From NCBI RefSeq assembly GCF_009914755.1, contig NC_060926.1: a DNA stretch of 64,000 nucleotides. One strand, written 5' to 3'. This stretch comes from the human T2T-CHM13v2.0 reference genome, Homo sapiens. The position numbers and the translations under genes were made by a program. Under the pieces are notes generated by a model. The model made no database searches and was not told the DNA's origin. It saw only the letters and a list, made by a program, of their open reading frames with translations. Below are positions 1-19,143 of the stretch, one piece after another; the stretch's first letter is position 1; every line of letters begins with the position of its first letter.

Positions 1-1572
1 GGTATAAGCACTAGCTTTGTGGGGGTGTCTGGAAGGCAGTAGCCAAGTGGCAAGAGATGTCCCTGGGCATGGAGTAGAGAAATATCCACTGCCTCAAGTT
101 CTCTGCCTGGAAATGGATGGGCAGCCCATACTCATAATCTAAGATATGGGTGCTTCAAATGCCTGGAGATACATTCAGCCATGGAGCAGAGGGGGCGCTG
201 CCACACCAGAATCTTGGCACCTGAAAGGAGGGGTGGCTCAGGCTGAGCAGGTGCACTGAATGCCTGGAAATATGCCCTGGTGTGAAGTGTAGAGGTTGGT
301 GCTGCATCAGGATCTCTGCATGAGAAATAAGGGGTGGGTCAGGCTCCTATATCAGGTGAGTAAGTGTGACAAAGGTCTGATAATATGCCTGGGTATGGGG
401 TAGAGACAGTGCAACTGTGTCAAAATTTCTGCACAGGAAAGGAGGTGTGACTCAGGTTCCTAATCCAGGCAAGGGAGTGGGCTGAAAGCTCAAAATTATG
501 CCCAGTTATGAAGCAGTGAAGACAGCGAAGACACCACAGCATCAAAATCTCTCTGCAGGAAAGGAAGGACAACTCAGGCTCCTATCCACATGAGTTGATG
601 TATTGAGTGCTTGTAATTATGCCTGAGTGTGAGGTGAAAAGGGCAATGCTGCACCACGGTCTGTGCACAGAAAGAGAGGCATGGCTCAGGTCTCCATTCT
701 AGGCCACTTGGTAGGCCAAATGCTGGAAATATGTTCCCCAGAAAGAAGCAGAGTAATTTCTGTGAAGCAGAGTAGCTGCTGCTGCAACAAGGTCTTTGCA
801 GGGGAAGGGAAGGTAGTCTCAGGGGTGGGGTCTGCCTCCCTACACTTCTCAAAACTTGTGGGGCACACTGTCCTGACTGACCAAAGGAACTGACTACCCA
901 GCAATGACACTAGTCCCAGACTGCAAAGCTCTTCTGGCCACACAAATCATGCCACCCGGAGAAGCAGTGGCTTCAGCAATTCCTCTGCTCCAGTCACAGT
1001 GCCTACTGCTGGGGTGCAGTCTACACTCATCACTCAGTTCTGATTGTGGGTACCCTTCCCCTGCTCCAGAGTAAGTGCTCCATTCTCCAGCCAGAGTCCA
1101 AAGTCCCTGTGGCAGCTGCCCCTGCTGGGTCACCAAAAATTACTGACTTCTTTATATGAAACTAGATTGAAAACAGTGTCCTCTCAGTCCAAGTCTGGGA
1201 AAATTTCCGCAGCTTTTCTGGCATCTTTCCCTCATACCCTCTCCCAGCCTCTCCCCAAGTTAGCTCCAGGGCTTCGGAGAAACAAGGTGCTCTCCCGTGG
1301 CCTTGGTTGGACGAATCTCTAGTTAAAAAGTGAATCATAAATGAAAAGTGCCTCTTTTATGCACTGAGGCTTCACTCACTTTTATCAGTCAAATGCTGTC
1401 ACACAGGCTGCTTGTAAACCTTCTCTTCCCCAGTATCCGGAGTGTCCCTCACTTTTTGGGTGAATTCTGTATTCCTTCTTGAGTAAAAGCTCACAGTGTT
1501 GCTGTTTATACACCATTTTGTTATTTCCAAGTGAATGAAGCATGCTAAAAGCCTCTAATCCACCATCTTGGG
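1..1572 (-). mobile_element. 5' UTR of an old LINE-1 (L1M/L1PB-age), runs off the window start
   Basis: Ends in ctaatccaccatcttgg (reverse complement CCAAGATGGTGGATTAG, the typical L1 5' terminus with a YY1-like motif); GC-rich with internal ~115-bp degenerate repeats. Confidence 0.7.
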
Positions 1573-1616
1573 AAAGAAAAAAAAACAAGAAGAGCTTTAA
1601 TAAAAAAGGATTGGTC

Positions 1617-2410
<794 letters not shown>

Positions 2411-2712
2411 TCAAAAGAATATTAGTTCAGGTGTTCCTTATTTAAGCATTGATTACTTAATGGAAACTGGTGAATGATCACCGTTTTTTTAATCATCTTC
2501 TTTAATTTAATCACCTTGATTGAATCTAAAACTGATTGCTATTTATAGAGATATAGATTCTAAGCTCATCTTTGAACTCACCTCTAGTGTTCATTTTCTA
2601 CTGCATTGTCACAGACATAATGTCAATCCGGCAGCTCTTTTTTTGTTGTGTTTTTGGCGGATCTTCAAATGCCTTACTTACACCTGCTATTAAGGGAGGT
2701 ATAGATGGACTT

Positions 2713-2772
2713 GCCCAGTCCAGCCCCACCCAGCTTGTTTTCACCCAGTTCAACCCCACCCAGCTTGTTTTC
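2713..2772. repeat. 30-bp tandem duplication
   Basis: cccagtccagccccacccagcttgttttca / cccagttcaaccccacccagcttgttttct. Confidence 0.85.
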
Positions 2773-2871
2773 TCTCTTTGGAACCAAGCAGGGAGCACAG
2801 ACCACTGTGCATTCTATAGGACAGCTCATTGCCTGAGGCAATAGAGAGCATCTCACAGTAAACAAAGATCA

Positions 2872-3095
2872 CTGCTTACAAGGTGGCATCAGGCAAAGAG
2901 AGGGCTTGTGCAGAGAAACTCCCGTTTTTTAAAACTATCAGATCACATGAGACCCATTCATTATTACAAGAACAGCATGGAAAAGACCCAACCCCATAAT
3001 TCAATCATTTTCCACCCGGTCCCTCCCACAACATATGGGAATTATGGGAGCTAGAAGATGAGATTTGGGTGGTAACTCAGAACCAAGCCATATCA
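2872..3095 (-). mobile_element. THE1 (MaLR) LTR, partial
   Basis: Ends ccaagccatatca (reverse of TGATATGGTTTGG start); gagatttgggtgg and tgggaattatgggagct motifs. Confidence 0.85.
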
Positions 3096-3323
3096 TTGAC
3101 TTAAAAAAAAAAAAAATCAATCAACCGTAAGGCCTTGTATACCACTTCTCTATATATGACTTCTATCAATAACATAATCCTTCATAATTCTTATTCCTCA
3201 TGACAAACCAATATGACATTGCAGAAGATGAAGAACATTTTTAGCAATCCACCAACATTTTATTTTCTTTTTCTCTCATTTCTACTTCTTTCTTTGTCAC
3301 TGACAACTAAGAGAATTCCCATC

Positions 3324-3683
3324 TGTATTATTCTGTTCTCACACCACTATAAAGATACTACCTGAGACAGGGTAATTTATAAATAAAAGAGATTTAATTG
3401 ACTCACAGTTCTGCATGGCTGGGGAAGCCTCAGGAAACTTAAAATCATGGCGGAGGGTAAAGAGGAAGCAAGGCATGTCTTACCTGGTGGCAGGAGAGAG
3501 ACAGCATGCAGGGGAGACTGCCACTATTAAACAATCAGATCTCGTGCGAACTCGTTCACTATCAGGAGAACAGCATGGGGGAAACCACCCCATGATCCAA
3601 TCACCTACCACCAGGTCCCTACCTTCACACATGGGGATTACATTTTGAAATGAGATTTGGGTAGGGGCACAGAACCAAACATT
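3324..3683 (-). mobile_element. MSTA/THE1D-like MaLR solo LTR
   Basis: tgtatta...gggtaatttataa...ttaattgactcacagttctgcatggctggggaagcctcagg...gagatttgggtaggggcacag. Confidence 0.9.
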
Positions 3684-4276
3684 CTGCTTCTTTTTAAAGA
3701 AAATCCTTTTAAACAGTAGACAACAGATATGTAAACATCTTGAGGGATCTACCTCATTTAACACTTTTCTCCAAGTTACTTAGAAGCTAAAGTCCTACTG
3801 AAATACTCTGTAGAAGGCAGGTCAAGCATAGATTTTTCAAAATTAAGCCCCATATAAACAGGTTATTCAAATAGTCGATTTCCTAGCTCTTCTGGTTTGT
3901 TCTCTTTTTATTCCAAAATATTGATATTCAAACACCTTGTCTTTGGCTTATCCCTCATCCCACCATCTTTTCTTGACTTTGATTTGAGTTTAGAGTATAC
4001 TGAAAAATAAATTCTATAGTTTCTGTTGGTAAGAAATTACAATGCACACATTATGTTTAAAGTTATAGAGAAAATTATTCTCTAGAGAGATAAGCCACTA
4101 TTTCAAGAACCTGGATGCCTAAGGACAATCACAATTATATATTTCTCCCAATTTGTTAACTCATATGTCAGAATTATTTCTGGAAAATCATCCTTTATGG
4201 GAGAAATATTCTGAATGTCAAGATAGTGATTTTAAAAGGCAATGTATGTAATAAAAGGTGGAAGTAAGTCACTTTA

Positions 4277-4279
<3 letters not shown>

Positions 4280-4321
<42 letters not shown>
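4280..4321. repeat. (CA)21 microsatellite
   Basis: Perfect CA run. Confidence 0.98.
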
Positions 4322-4323
<2 letters not shown>

Positions 4324-4575
4324 GCTTCTACATTTAAAGAAGTGGGGTTTGATTATAGAAAATTTGAGCACTTGACCAAATTATAATTTACCCAATATCA
4401 TCAAGAAATAAAGTAGAGCTTAATAGTCTAGCATGAGGTTAGAAGGTTTGCAAAAGAGGAACCATATTAAGAGAAAGCTGGTGGGTACACCCTATACTGC
4501 ACATTCACCAGCCCAGTGAGCTCTCAGAAGATATGAAGAGCTAGTAGCACCAGCTGGCCAGAGGCCTTTAGTTCC

Positions 4576-4868
4576 TTTTTTTTGTTTGTTTTGAGACAGT
4601 CTCACTCTGTCACCCAAGCTGGAGTGAAGTGGCGCAATCTTGGCTCACTGCAACCTCTGCCTCCTGGGTTCAAGTGATTCTCCTCAGCCTCCCGAGTAGC
4701 TGGGACTACAGGCACATGCCACCACGCGCAGCTAATTATTGTATTTTTAGTAGAGACGGGGTTTCACCATGTTGGTCAGGCTGGTCTTGAACTCCTGCCC
4801 TCAGGTGATCCACCCACCTCGGCCTCCCAAATTGGTGGAATTACAGGCGTGAGCCACCATGCCCGGCC
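4576..4868 (-). mobile_element. AluS
   Basis: Full reverse Alu; near-identical flanks gaggcctttagttc / gaggccttttacttc (TSD). Confidence 0.95.
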
Positions 4869-5612
4869 GAGGCCTTTTACTTCTATTCAGAGGACAAAGT
4901 TCTTCATCTGAAGACAATTATGTAAAATGGTCTAACTGCTAAAGAATTATGAAGAGAAATTTAGTAATACTAGAAGTTTAAAGGGAAAAACTATCAGAGC
5001 ATATTCAGACTTTAAGCAGTCTTTTTCCAAGGGGTTTGGGATACCTATACAAAGATTTCAACTGTCTTTTCAGATAAGCAGGGGCAAATACTTATGCTTC
5101 TCAGGGCCATTATTTCCTCATTTGGGAAATCAGAAAACTATCATCTATTTTGGTGGGTGTATTTAATGAGACATATATGTTAAATACGTGTCTAGTACTA
5201 GGACCTAAAGAATGGTAGATTTTATTATGAATATAGCAGTACAAATGTTAAGAGTTTGTTATCATTAACAATGAAAACATTTTAAAGGTATATTAAATAT
5301 TTTATTGCATTCTTAAACCAAAGATGCTGGATGAAATAGAACTTTCTTGGTGACTTGACATCATTGGTATTACATGTTCTAAGAACAAAACCACTAGATT
5401 TTTAAAAATCTTATGTGGCTTTTTGCCTAACATCTTGGTTCACAGCTCTGTCTGTCTAGAAGTTTAAAATTGAAAGAAATCTAACTTCCAAATTGAATAA
5501 CCCTGAATTTTTTTTCTTAGCACTGATGTTACTTTTAGAAATTGATGAGAAAAATAGTTTCCATCCAAAGGCCTAAATAGCAAAATATATTTTATTCTGA
5601 TAACTTCAGTAC

Positions 5613-5643
<31 letters not shown>

Positions 5644-6799
5644 GTGACCTGCACTGGGAATAGAGAAACAATCATGTTGAGATAATTATAGTTGAAAAAA
5701 GAATTCTCAAATCCTGAGTTGTAATAAAAATGTGGATCAACCTGGGAAATAAGAGATGGCCAGGAGCAAGTAACATTTTTCACCATTTAAGGTTAACTGA
5801 GAAAAAATGGAGGTCATAGGCAAAGCATCTGAGTTACTGGCAGATGATTTCACCCCTCTAGAAAGGCTTTCAGATAAGAAATTAATAGCTAGAGAGACAA
5901 TGTATCAAAGGAATTTAAAGTTCATTCTGGACTCAAAAGATAAAACCCTCCAAAATATGTATTTTGAGGTAAAGCTTGACAAATTTATTAGTTTGGGGGG
6001 AAAATTTAACATAGATGGTTGAGACAACATCAAAATTAAATGAGATATCACGCAAAATTAAAAAAAAAATTAACCCTGGAGTTGAGTTTCACAAAGATAC
6101 CTGGCAGGGGTTTCCTTTTACTGCTGAATGCCAAAATAATAGAGCCATGAGGAAAGGGGTGAAGAAAGTTCACATTTCAGTTGGAAGCAGGAAATTAAAA
6201 AGAGCACAAAGAGTTTTGTGTTTCCTGTTAGGGAAGAGGGCAGGTGGATTCAGGACAAGGTGAAACTGGAGAATCATTCTCCATAGATTGCTGCAATAGG
6301 GTAATGCTCTCTGATTTACCTATCAAGAATAATGTGTTGAATTATTTTTGGAAGCTGGTGGCAAAATAACTGTTGTTATAAATGATGGACTATGCCAGAC
6401 TAATCTAGAGTTTTGTATTAAATATAACTTGTACTAAAACAATTATGTATTAAAAACAACTTAAAGAAATCATTTAAAATAATCAAAATTAGCATATATG
6501 TTACAATGGGTGCTTGGATGTGGATGTAGAAAGCAGCAAGCAAATGCTTGATTGGATTTCAAGTTGGGTGGGAAATGAAATCTAGAATGGTCTAAATGTT
6601 CAAGGCCATAATTTATAATAATTAGAAGGCAAGCTCTTGGTGGTTAGACTATATTCATCTTTAATCTGTACTGTTTTCTTTAAAAAATAATTTAGCTTCT
6701 CATTGGTAAACTCTTTTACATTTTTCAGGAAATATTCTTTATCAAGCAACAGTATTTCTAAAATAATGCTTATGTGCCTAGTACCAAGATAAATAATAT

Positions 6800-7092
6800 G
6801 AGCTGTGTGCAGTGGCTCACACCTGCAATCCCAGCAACTTGGGAGGCTGAGGCAGGAGGATCGCTTGATATCAGGAATTCAAGACCAGCTTGGGCAACAC
6901 AGTGAGACCCGATCTCTACAAAAATAAAAAATTTACCTGAGTATGGTGTTGTGCACCTGTGGTCCCAGATACTTGGGAGGCTGAGGTGGGAGGATTGCTT
7001 GAGCGAGTTCAGGGCTGCAGTGTGCTGTGATCTTACCACTGCACCCCACACTGGGCAACAGAATAAGACCTCATCTCTAAATAATAACAACA
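6800..7092 (+). mobile_element. AluJ
   Basis: GGAGGATCGCTTGA and GGGAGGATTGCTTGAG J-type diagnostics; decayed A tail. Confidence 0.9.
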
Positions 7093-7333
7093 TAAAATGT
7101 AAAGGAGAACTGTGAGATAAACACCTCTGCCTTTGATTCAAAGTTGATGTTACAAAATTTTTGGAATGTGCTAAATGATTAAAAACAAACTGGTGTGTAA
7201 CAGCTTATAAAACCAGAAGGAAGTAGAAACATGGAGTACTCAGAGAAGCTAAGGGTAGACAGGGAGAGGATACTTGCCTCTATTGAAGAGGTACATTTTG
7301 ACTTGTGTGTTGTCAGCAGAAATGTTCTAGGAG

Positions 7334-7468
7334 AAGTTGGCTGCAAATACCATGTAGAGAGAGATGACATGTTGAAAAGCCCGTAGGCAAAATAGGAAGA
7401 TAAGTTGGCTGGAAATACTGTGTGGAGAGAGGTGACATGTTAAAGAGCCCATAAGAAAATCAGGAATG
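7334..7468. repeat. 68-bp tandem duplication (2 copies)
   Basis: aagttggctgcaaatac...gacatgtt...aggaa repeated at 7334 and 7402. Confidence 0.8.
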
Positions 7469-7878
7469 TTATGAAAATGGAATATATTGGAAAATGGGCC
7501 CCATTCTGCTACATAAATCATTAGGAAAAAATGCACTAATTTTTAGTATTAAAAATCAATGAATTATTTAAGTGTAGTCCAGGACAGTAATGTGTCCAAA
7601 GCAGACATTCTCCAAAATCTCCATGTCATCTTCATTTTACACTAGTTTTCTTAAATCAGGAGAGAGTGGTTCATTCTAATGCTGAGTGTCATAATGAAGA
7701 CTGTTTCTAAAAATGGTCCCCTTGTGATATATAGGGAGGACTTCTGGACCATTGCCTTTTCCAGTTCTATGAGTTGAGTCTACTTTCAAACGATAAACTG
7801 ACAGATTCTTGGATAACGTGTTCCTCTCTTTCTCTATCTTATCCTCTGGTCAGTTCAACCCCTTCTAGAGCTCCGTCT

Positions 7879-12413
<4,535 letters not shown>

Positions 12414-15400
12414 TAGAGCTCCCTCTTTCTTAGCTTCCAGAAGATTTTCCTGGTCTCAGTTAACTATGTATTACATACTTTATCTGAGATTCCTCAGCCT
12501 GTTTTCAATTCACATTTTAACAATTCTCCATTGTCTTCTCCCCACAGAGCCCAGCTCTGTTTTTGCACAATATATTCAGGAAGAGGAACTGGAATTTTAC
12601 CATTTTCAGTCTTTTAATTGGGTATTTTGATCCTCTCTACTGTGCAGCCAAGGCTGTTGTCCCATCTCAAACAGTCCTGTGAAATATATCTTGGTTGTCC
12701 AGGCATGGTGAATACTGATCAAATGAGAGACATAATATGACAGAGAGGAGGAGGGAGAGGGAGAAAGAAGAAAGAGAGAGACAGGAAGAGGGAGAAGATC
12801 TCAATTGCTCAACTGAGCAATTTCAGAAAGTGTGTGGAGACCAGACTGTTGAGGAAGCTATGTGCTTTATGGCCATCTCTGCTACATCAGAGAGCTCAGA
12901 GAATGACACAACGCTTCATTTGCAATTTAACACTTGGAATCAGATATGTAAAAATACTCAATTTTTGGTAAATATTTTAATAAGAAGAATACTTTTTAAA
13001 AAGGAACAGTATTTATAAACTTCCAAATTATTTGTACATTTGATTATATGCAAATCCATAAGAAATTAGTAAAAATGGTACAGGAAGCAACTGAAAACAA
13101 TCTTTAGGTTATATCTGTGTAGCATGAATTTTATTCTGGAGAAGAAATATTTTCATGTGTCAGAAATTCAAATTTTCAAGGATTTCTGAGACATTTTTAT
13201 TCAAAAGGCCAATGTTCTTTTGGCTTAGGAACTCCACCAGTTTGGTACGGATTTGACGTAGGAAAAAAACACTGTTCTTTCTCATTCCTCCTCTACCAGC
13301 CATTGTCAGAGAATTCCACTAATCTCTATAAAACTAGATTCTGCCTTTGTCAAGTTGATAAGGTCTTTATTTTACAAATATTTAGAACATTTACGCTGCT
13401 TCACAATCATGATTTTATTGGCATTACAGATGTCATGAAATTCAATGTGGCCAGGTCAAAGTAGTTTCCTGGCATAGTGGGCCTCAGCCCTACAGAATTT
13501 ATTCCCAGCTCTATCACAGAATAGTATGTAGCCTTGGACAAACTACCTGTATTCTTGGAGTCTATTTCCATAGTAATATGCAGAGTTACATGACACTCGG
13601 AAAAATATAGTATATAACATTTAAAAAATGAATTTAATATTTCCATTAAAGTAAATTAACATCTTAATGTTATACCATTTTTTGGAAATAAATTCAGCTC
13701 TGAATGCATAATGTTGCCCACAAAATTAATCCACTGGTAAAAACTAACATATAAAACATCCTAATATTTTTGTACTTATAAGCACAAAGGAACATCAAAA
13801 CTTTCTTTTGAAGTGGAAATACCTACTGCACTACACTTGATATTTGTTCAGAGTGCTTGTAAGAAATCTCGTGAAGTAATGAAGTGTAGAGGAACGCTTT
13901 TTAAAAATGTTTAGGAAAATTGTGTTTTACATTAAGTTTTGAGAACTGTAAATCTCAACTATTTACCAAAATGGATTTAAAAAAAATCTGGCAACAATGA
14001 GCAGTATATAAGTTAAAATATTGAAACAAGGAGATTAAAAACTAGAGGGAAAGGAAAGTCTAAATCAAGACAGAATAATATTAGTTTCATAACAGAGGTA
14101 CATTTGGGGCAAAAGAAAAATACATTAATTTAAGATGAGTATTTGAATAACTTTGCAAAATTCCAGATCTGATTTGGCTTTGAAGTATGGACAGAATATT
14201 AATATATAAGAAGAAAGAGCATTCCAAAAGGAGAAACCACCTTCTGGTTGAGGGTGGGAAAAGAAGGATGAAAAAAATGACTTGGTAAATAATTCCTATT
14301 TTTCCTCAAGATGTAGGCCCAATGTACATGAATACCTCTATATTTAACAATGAAGAATCATATGGCTTGGAAGTGGTCATGTGCTCTGGGTGATCGCAGC
14401 AGAAATAAAGAATTGTGTTGAGCCCCTGCTTCACATTCTTCCTCTAGCACAGAAGGACACAGGGACCTCCTGAAGTGCTGCCAGAGTAAACAAGGGAAGA
14501 TGAAAATTGTTCTGTGATCCATAAAAAGTAAAGTAGAGAGAAAACTGGAGTTTCCTGTGCTTTTGTTTTCTTCCTTTCACTTAAGTCGCTGTGACTTACC
14601 AGGAAACCATTTAGTGCTCTCAGGCTAAATGGAATATTCAAGCCCCTAACACCCTGATAAATAAAGTTCACTGTTTCAGATAAGTAAATGCATTCTTTCA
14701 GGGGCCATTTTATGTCTTGCCTAGCAAGTTTACTGCTTTGAGACTTGTCCTAGGAATAGGAGTAGGGAGGTGGAGTGGATTGACTAAGATTTTAGCCCCT
14801 GGCTTTTAACAAAATCCACAATCCACAAGTAGTTCTCTCCTTGAGGACTCACTAACCTAAATTTCTTGGCTTTCATGAGTTTGAAGCCACATATTAATAG
14901 TATTGTGATGATTTTCTTCATGGGTTTTAATGTACCATTAGTTTCATATTAGATGCCTTTAACTAAATGTATCTGCCCATAATTGTTTTAAAGGATAACC
15001 AATTGTTTTGACAACTATAGGGCAAGGCTTTCAATAGCTAGTGCAGCATTAAATTAGAGGTTTGTAAAACTACCAGAATTGGGCTTTGAAAGTGCATATA
15101 GTGTTCAAGTCTACCACTGAAATGCTCTCATGCTACGTGGCTTATTATTTCCACTACTGTAGATACAGGGATCAGATGGCCTCTTGGTTTATACCCTCAT
15201 TATAATGGCATCATCTAGCACTACCATGGCTAATTTCCCAGGCTTATCTCTCTCTGATCACTGTAGGAGTTTCTATGGAAAATGCCATTTCTTTTAGAAA
15301 ATGTGGCAGTTATGAATATATTCATCTCTAGACTCTCATGCAAATGCTTTCAATGAAATAGATAAAAATCAACTCTGTGGAAAAGATATCTCATGCTTAT

Positions 15401-15864
15401 GACACTTCAGAGGACACCTGTGCTAACATGACCAACAGAGCAATTCCTCTGTTATATGCCCCCTAACGATGTATTCAGTTAGATATTCTGAGCTGAAAGA
15501 AACAGATAGAATTCTACAGATGGCATCTAGAAAGAATGATCACTCCTGCTCTTTCTGTGTTCCCTTCATGTAGGGTAACACTTCCCCTGACTTCTGTAGT
15601 CTTGTAAAGGGAGTACTTACACTTCACTCCTAGCAACCAAGGGCAGACATGCTATGGAACCCAGTTTTTTCTTTAACTGGGACAGAATCTTGGCCAATCT
15701 AGGGTGGTATATGCTTAGGATAGGGCCAATGTTATCTCCTTTCCTGCAGCTTTTTGCACAGGCTTTGAAGCAAGGAGGCACCCTTAAATCTTCCTCTGTC
15801 TGCTATTTATTAGAAAAATAATAATAACAATAACAACAACAATGGGAGTAGTGAAAACAACAGC

Positions 15865-16261
15865 TATTATGGGTTTGGGTGTGTCACAGACTGATTGTTT
15901 GTGTCATCTTCAAATCCATATGTTGAAGACTTAATCCTCCATTAGTGGTATTTGATGATGGGGTCTTTGAGGGTTAATTAGGGTTAAATTAGGTCATGAA
16001 GGCAAGGTCCTTACGATGGGGTTACTGAGTGGCTTTACAAGAAGAGGAAGATCTCATTTATGCACTGAGGAAAGGCCATGTGAGGACACAGAAAGAAGGC
16101 AGCTCTATGCAAGCCAGAAAGAGAGCTCTCATCAGGGACAAAATAGGCTGGCACCTTGATCTTGGACTTGCCAGCCTCTAGAACTGTGAGAAATAAATGT
16201 CTGTGGTTTAAATCACTTAGTCTATGGTTATTTGTTATAGCAGCCCAAGTAAACTAAGACA
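15865..16261 (+). mobile_element. MLT1A-type MaLR LTR
   Basis: ggccatgtgaggacacag...ccttgatcttggactt...cagcctctagaactgtgagaaataaa...tatagcagcccaagtaaactaagaca. Confidence 0.88.
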
Positions 16262-16804
16262 AGGGAAGAGGAATCTGGCGTTCCTTTTCCAATGGAGGAA
16301 CATCATCTGATACTTGTGGCCTTTCTCCCACACTCTCCCTTAGTCCTCCTCAGAAAAAGATAATAGTCTTATCTGATTGGAGAGTTTGAAAAAAGGATCT
16401 GAGCTGGTTGACTAGGAGCCATCTGGGTTTCCTTTTTCAGAGCCTGCCTATTGACAGAACACACAGGAGACTGTCCCTGGAGGAGATATTTGTTGTGCAT
16501 AGTTCCAGGTGGAGAATTAAGTTAATTCGGGAATAAAATGTTACCACTTAGCTGCAGCTCTGAAACCACATTTCCAGTCAGTGTATTAATAATAATTAGA
16601 TCTGTACCTGACCCTTACACTTACTTTGTATTGATTCTGAACTCAGCGGGAGAACAGGGGTATTATTTATGAACCCCCTAAATAATCTTTAGATGTACCA
16701 GTGATAGCATCTAAGTCTCACATTTATGGGCCATTTACTATATCCTGGATACTATACTGAAAACTCAGTATCGTAACACAAGGGTGCTACAGGGGGACTC
16801 TAAA

Positions 16805-17150
16805 AACAGAAGACCTGGGTTCAAATCTCATATATGTCATACATTCTGTAATTTGAGATCAATTACTTAACCTCTCTGACCCTCACTTGAAAAAATCAGA
16901 ATTATACTAGCTCCTACCTCACAGAACTCTTGTAAAAGTTCAATGGATTACATATCATATGCTTAGAAAATATCCAGCACATACTACATGCATAAAGGTT
17001 ATCTAGCATTCCTTACCACAACCAATAAAGTACCACATTTTTCTCAATTGTATAGATGAGCAAAATGAAACTCAGAAAAATTGAATATATTTTTCAGGAA
17101 GTTCCCACAGTTAGCAAATTGCAGAGTTGGGATTTAAAGCCAGATCTCAG
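16805..17150. mobile_element. Two MIR fragments in opposite orientations
   Basis: agacctgggttcaaatc...ttacttaacctctctga (+) and tatagatgagcaaaatgaaactcaga...gggatttaaagccaga (-). Confidence 0.7.
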
Positions 17151-18777
17151 CAGCTATATTTTTTTCCCAGGAGGGATGTTTATCAAGACAGAACTCTATC
17201 AAATTAGAATAAAAGGTGGAGGGTAAGCTAAGATTCCTTCATCTATCTGATTTGTCCATAAAAGGAAGGAATAGCCACTCTTTCACACTGCAACAGTATT
17301 CCTTGCATATCTTTTAATGAATGTTGTCCTTTCTTACCATCTGTGTGTAATCAAATATTCACAACCATGTTTTAAGAGTTTCTCACTTCAAGGCTATCAC
17401 TGTACTTACATCGAAGCTATCATTCAGATATTTGTAAGAAGTTTCCATTCTTAAAGACCGTTATCACCCACCTTTTGTCAACATGAGAAAAATCATAAAG
17501 ATACACTTTATGGTTGGAAATTTTTGTGTATGAAATTGCTATTTTTAACAAAAATCTGCTAAGTCATTTAAAACAAGTCTTAGTGAACCATTTATTTAAT
17601 TTTTCCTATAGATTCCAAGTCCCAGTGGGGTCAGATTCCTTGGCGATCAGAACATTTTTCTACTCAGCTTTACTTCTTGATGGAACATTATTTCCAGTTT
17701 AGTGGTAGCCTTTAAGGACAAAAATGGTCATAATGAAGGAAAATGCCACAGGAGTATAGAAAAGAGTCTTACACAGGGGCATGAACTCTTACTATATACT
17801 CCCTGTTCCCAGCCCTGATTCACACTGAATGTTCCCAATTTATGCACTATCAACCTATTGAACTGTAGCAGCAAGAAAGAGTATTATGAAAGTCTGGATG
17901 ATAGCCAGCAGCAAATTCATCATCCAGCAGTCAGGGAAAAAAATCTAGGCTAGCCTGATGAAGAAAATATAGGTCCACTTGAATCTGAAGAAGACTCTTC
18001 TTGAATCTGAAGAAGAAGGACCAGGTGTAAACAGTATGGTCAAATCAACTCAAAAAATGGAGATACCAGCAACCCAGAGTCCCATCTAGTTGCCTGTGAT
18101 ATTTCTGAGGAAACCTTGACAAATTATACATTATTTACTCCATTTCTGGTGTGATTTTTTGCCAACTCATATACCAATGCATGTAAGAGACGTTATTTCC
18201 TCTATGGTATGCCTAATAGTTTATAAGTAGCCCTCTCCAAAACACAGAGAATGGGGCCAACAATATTGCTTTCCTAAGGCAGAGCTCAGCAGGAAGCAGC
18301 AGCTCTCCTAACTTGATGCTGCTGGTTTTTACTCACAGGGAAACTTGAGCCTCTGACTCCGAAGCTGGAAATAGAAGGTTGTCACCAAAAGTAGACAGGT
18401 GGATTGCCCAAGGTTATTAAATATGTCTATAAATGACAGTAATTATTCCTATTATTTATCCCTACCTGAATGAAAGGACTTCTTAATTAGTGCCTGAGAA
18501 AGTAAATGAGGATGTAACTGACAGAAACAGTATGCACAGTTTTGCTATAATGAAGCCAGTCGTGTAATGAAGCATAAGTCAGTTTATCACCCTACTCAAA
18601 AGGAAACTCCTACATTGCCACTGGAGATCCTTTATGAATTTTACCCTTCACCATTATGAAAACTGTGGGTCATCAGCATGCATATGATACATGAAATTTT
18701 CTTGACATTCCCTAATTTCAGCTTGTGCATTTTTAAATGAAGTTTTATACAAAGATAAGGCTAAAAAACCTCAATGA

Positions 18778-19143
<366 letters not shown>

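Noticed and set aside
50-830. Repeat array as CRISPR-like
   Set aside because: Units are degenerate along their whole length with no repeat-spacer structure; eukaryotic L1 context
5618-5643. Isolated poly-A run as a retrocopy tail
   Set aside because: No recognisable upstream element or convincing TSD
17880-18070. Coding-looking purine-rich text with duplicated cttgaatctgaagaaga
   Set aside because: No sustained ORF or recognisable homology; only a short duplication
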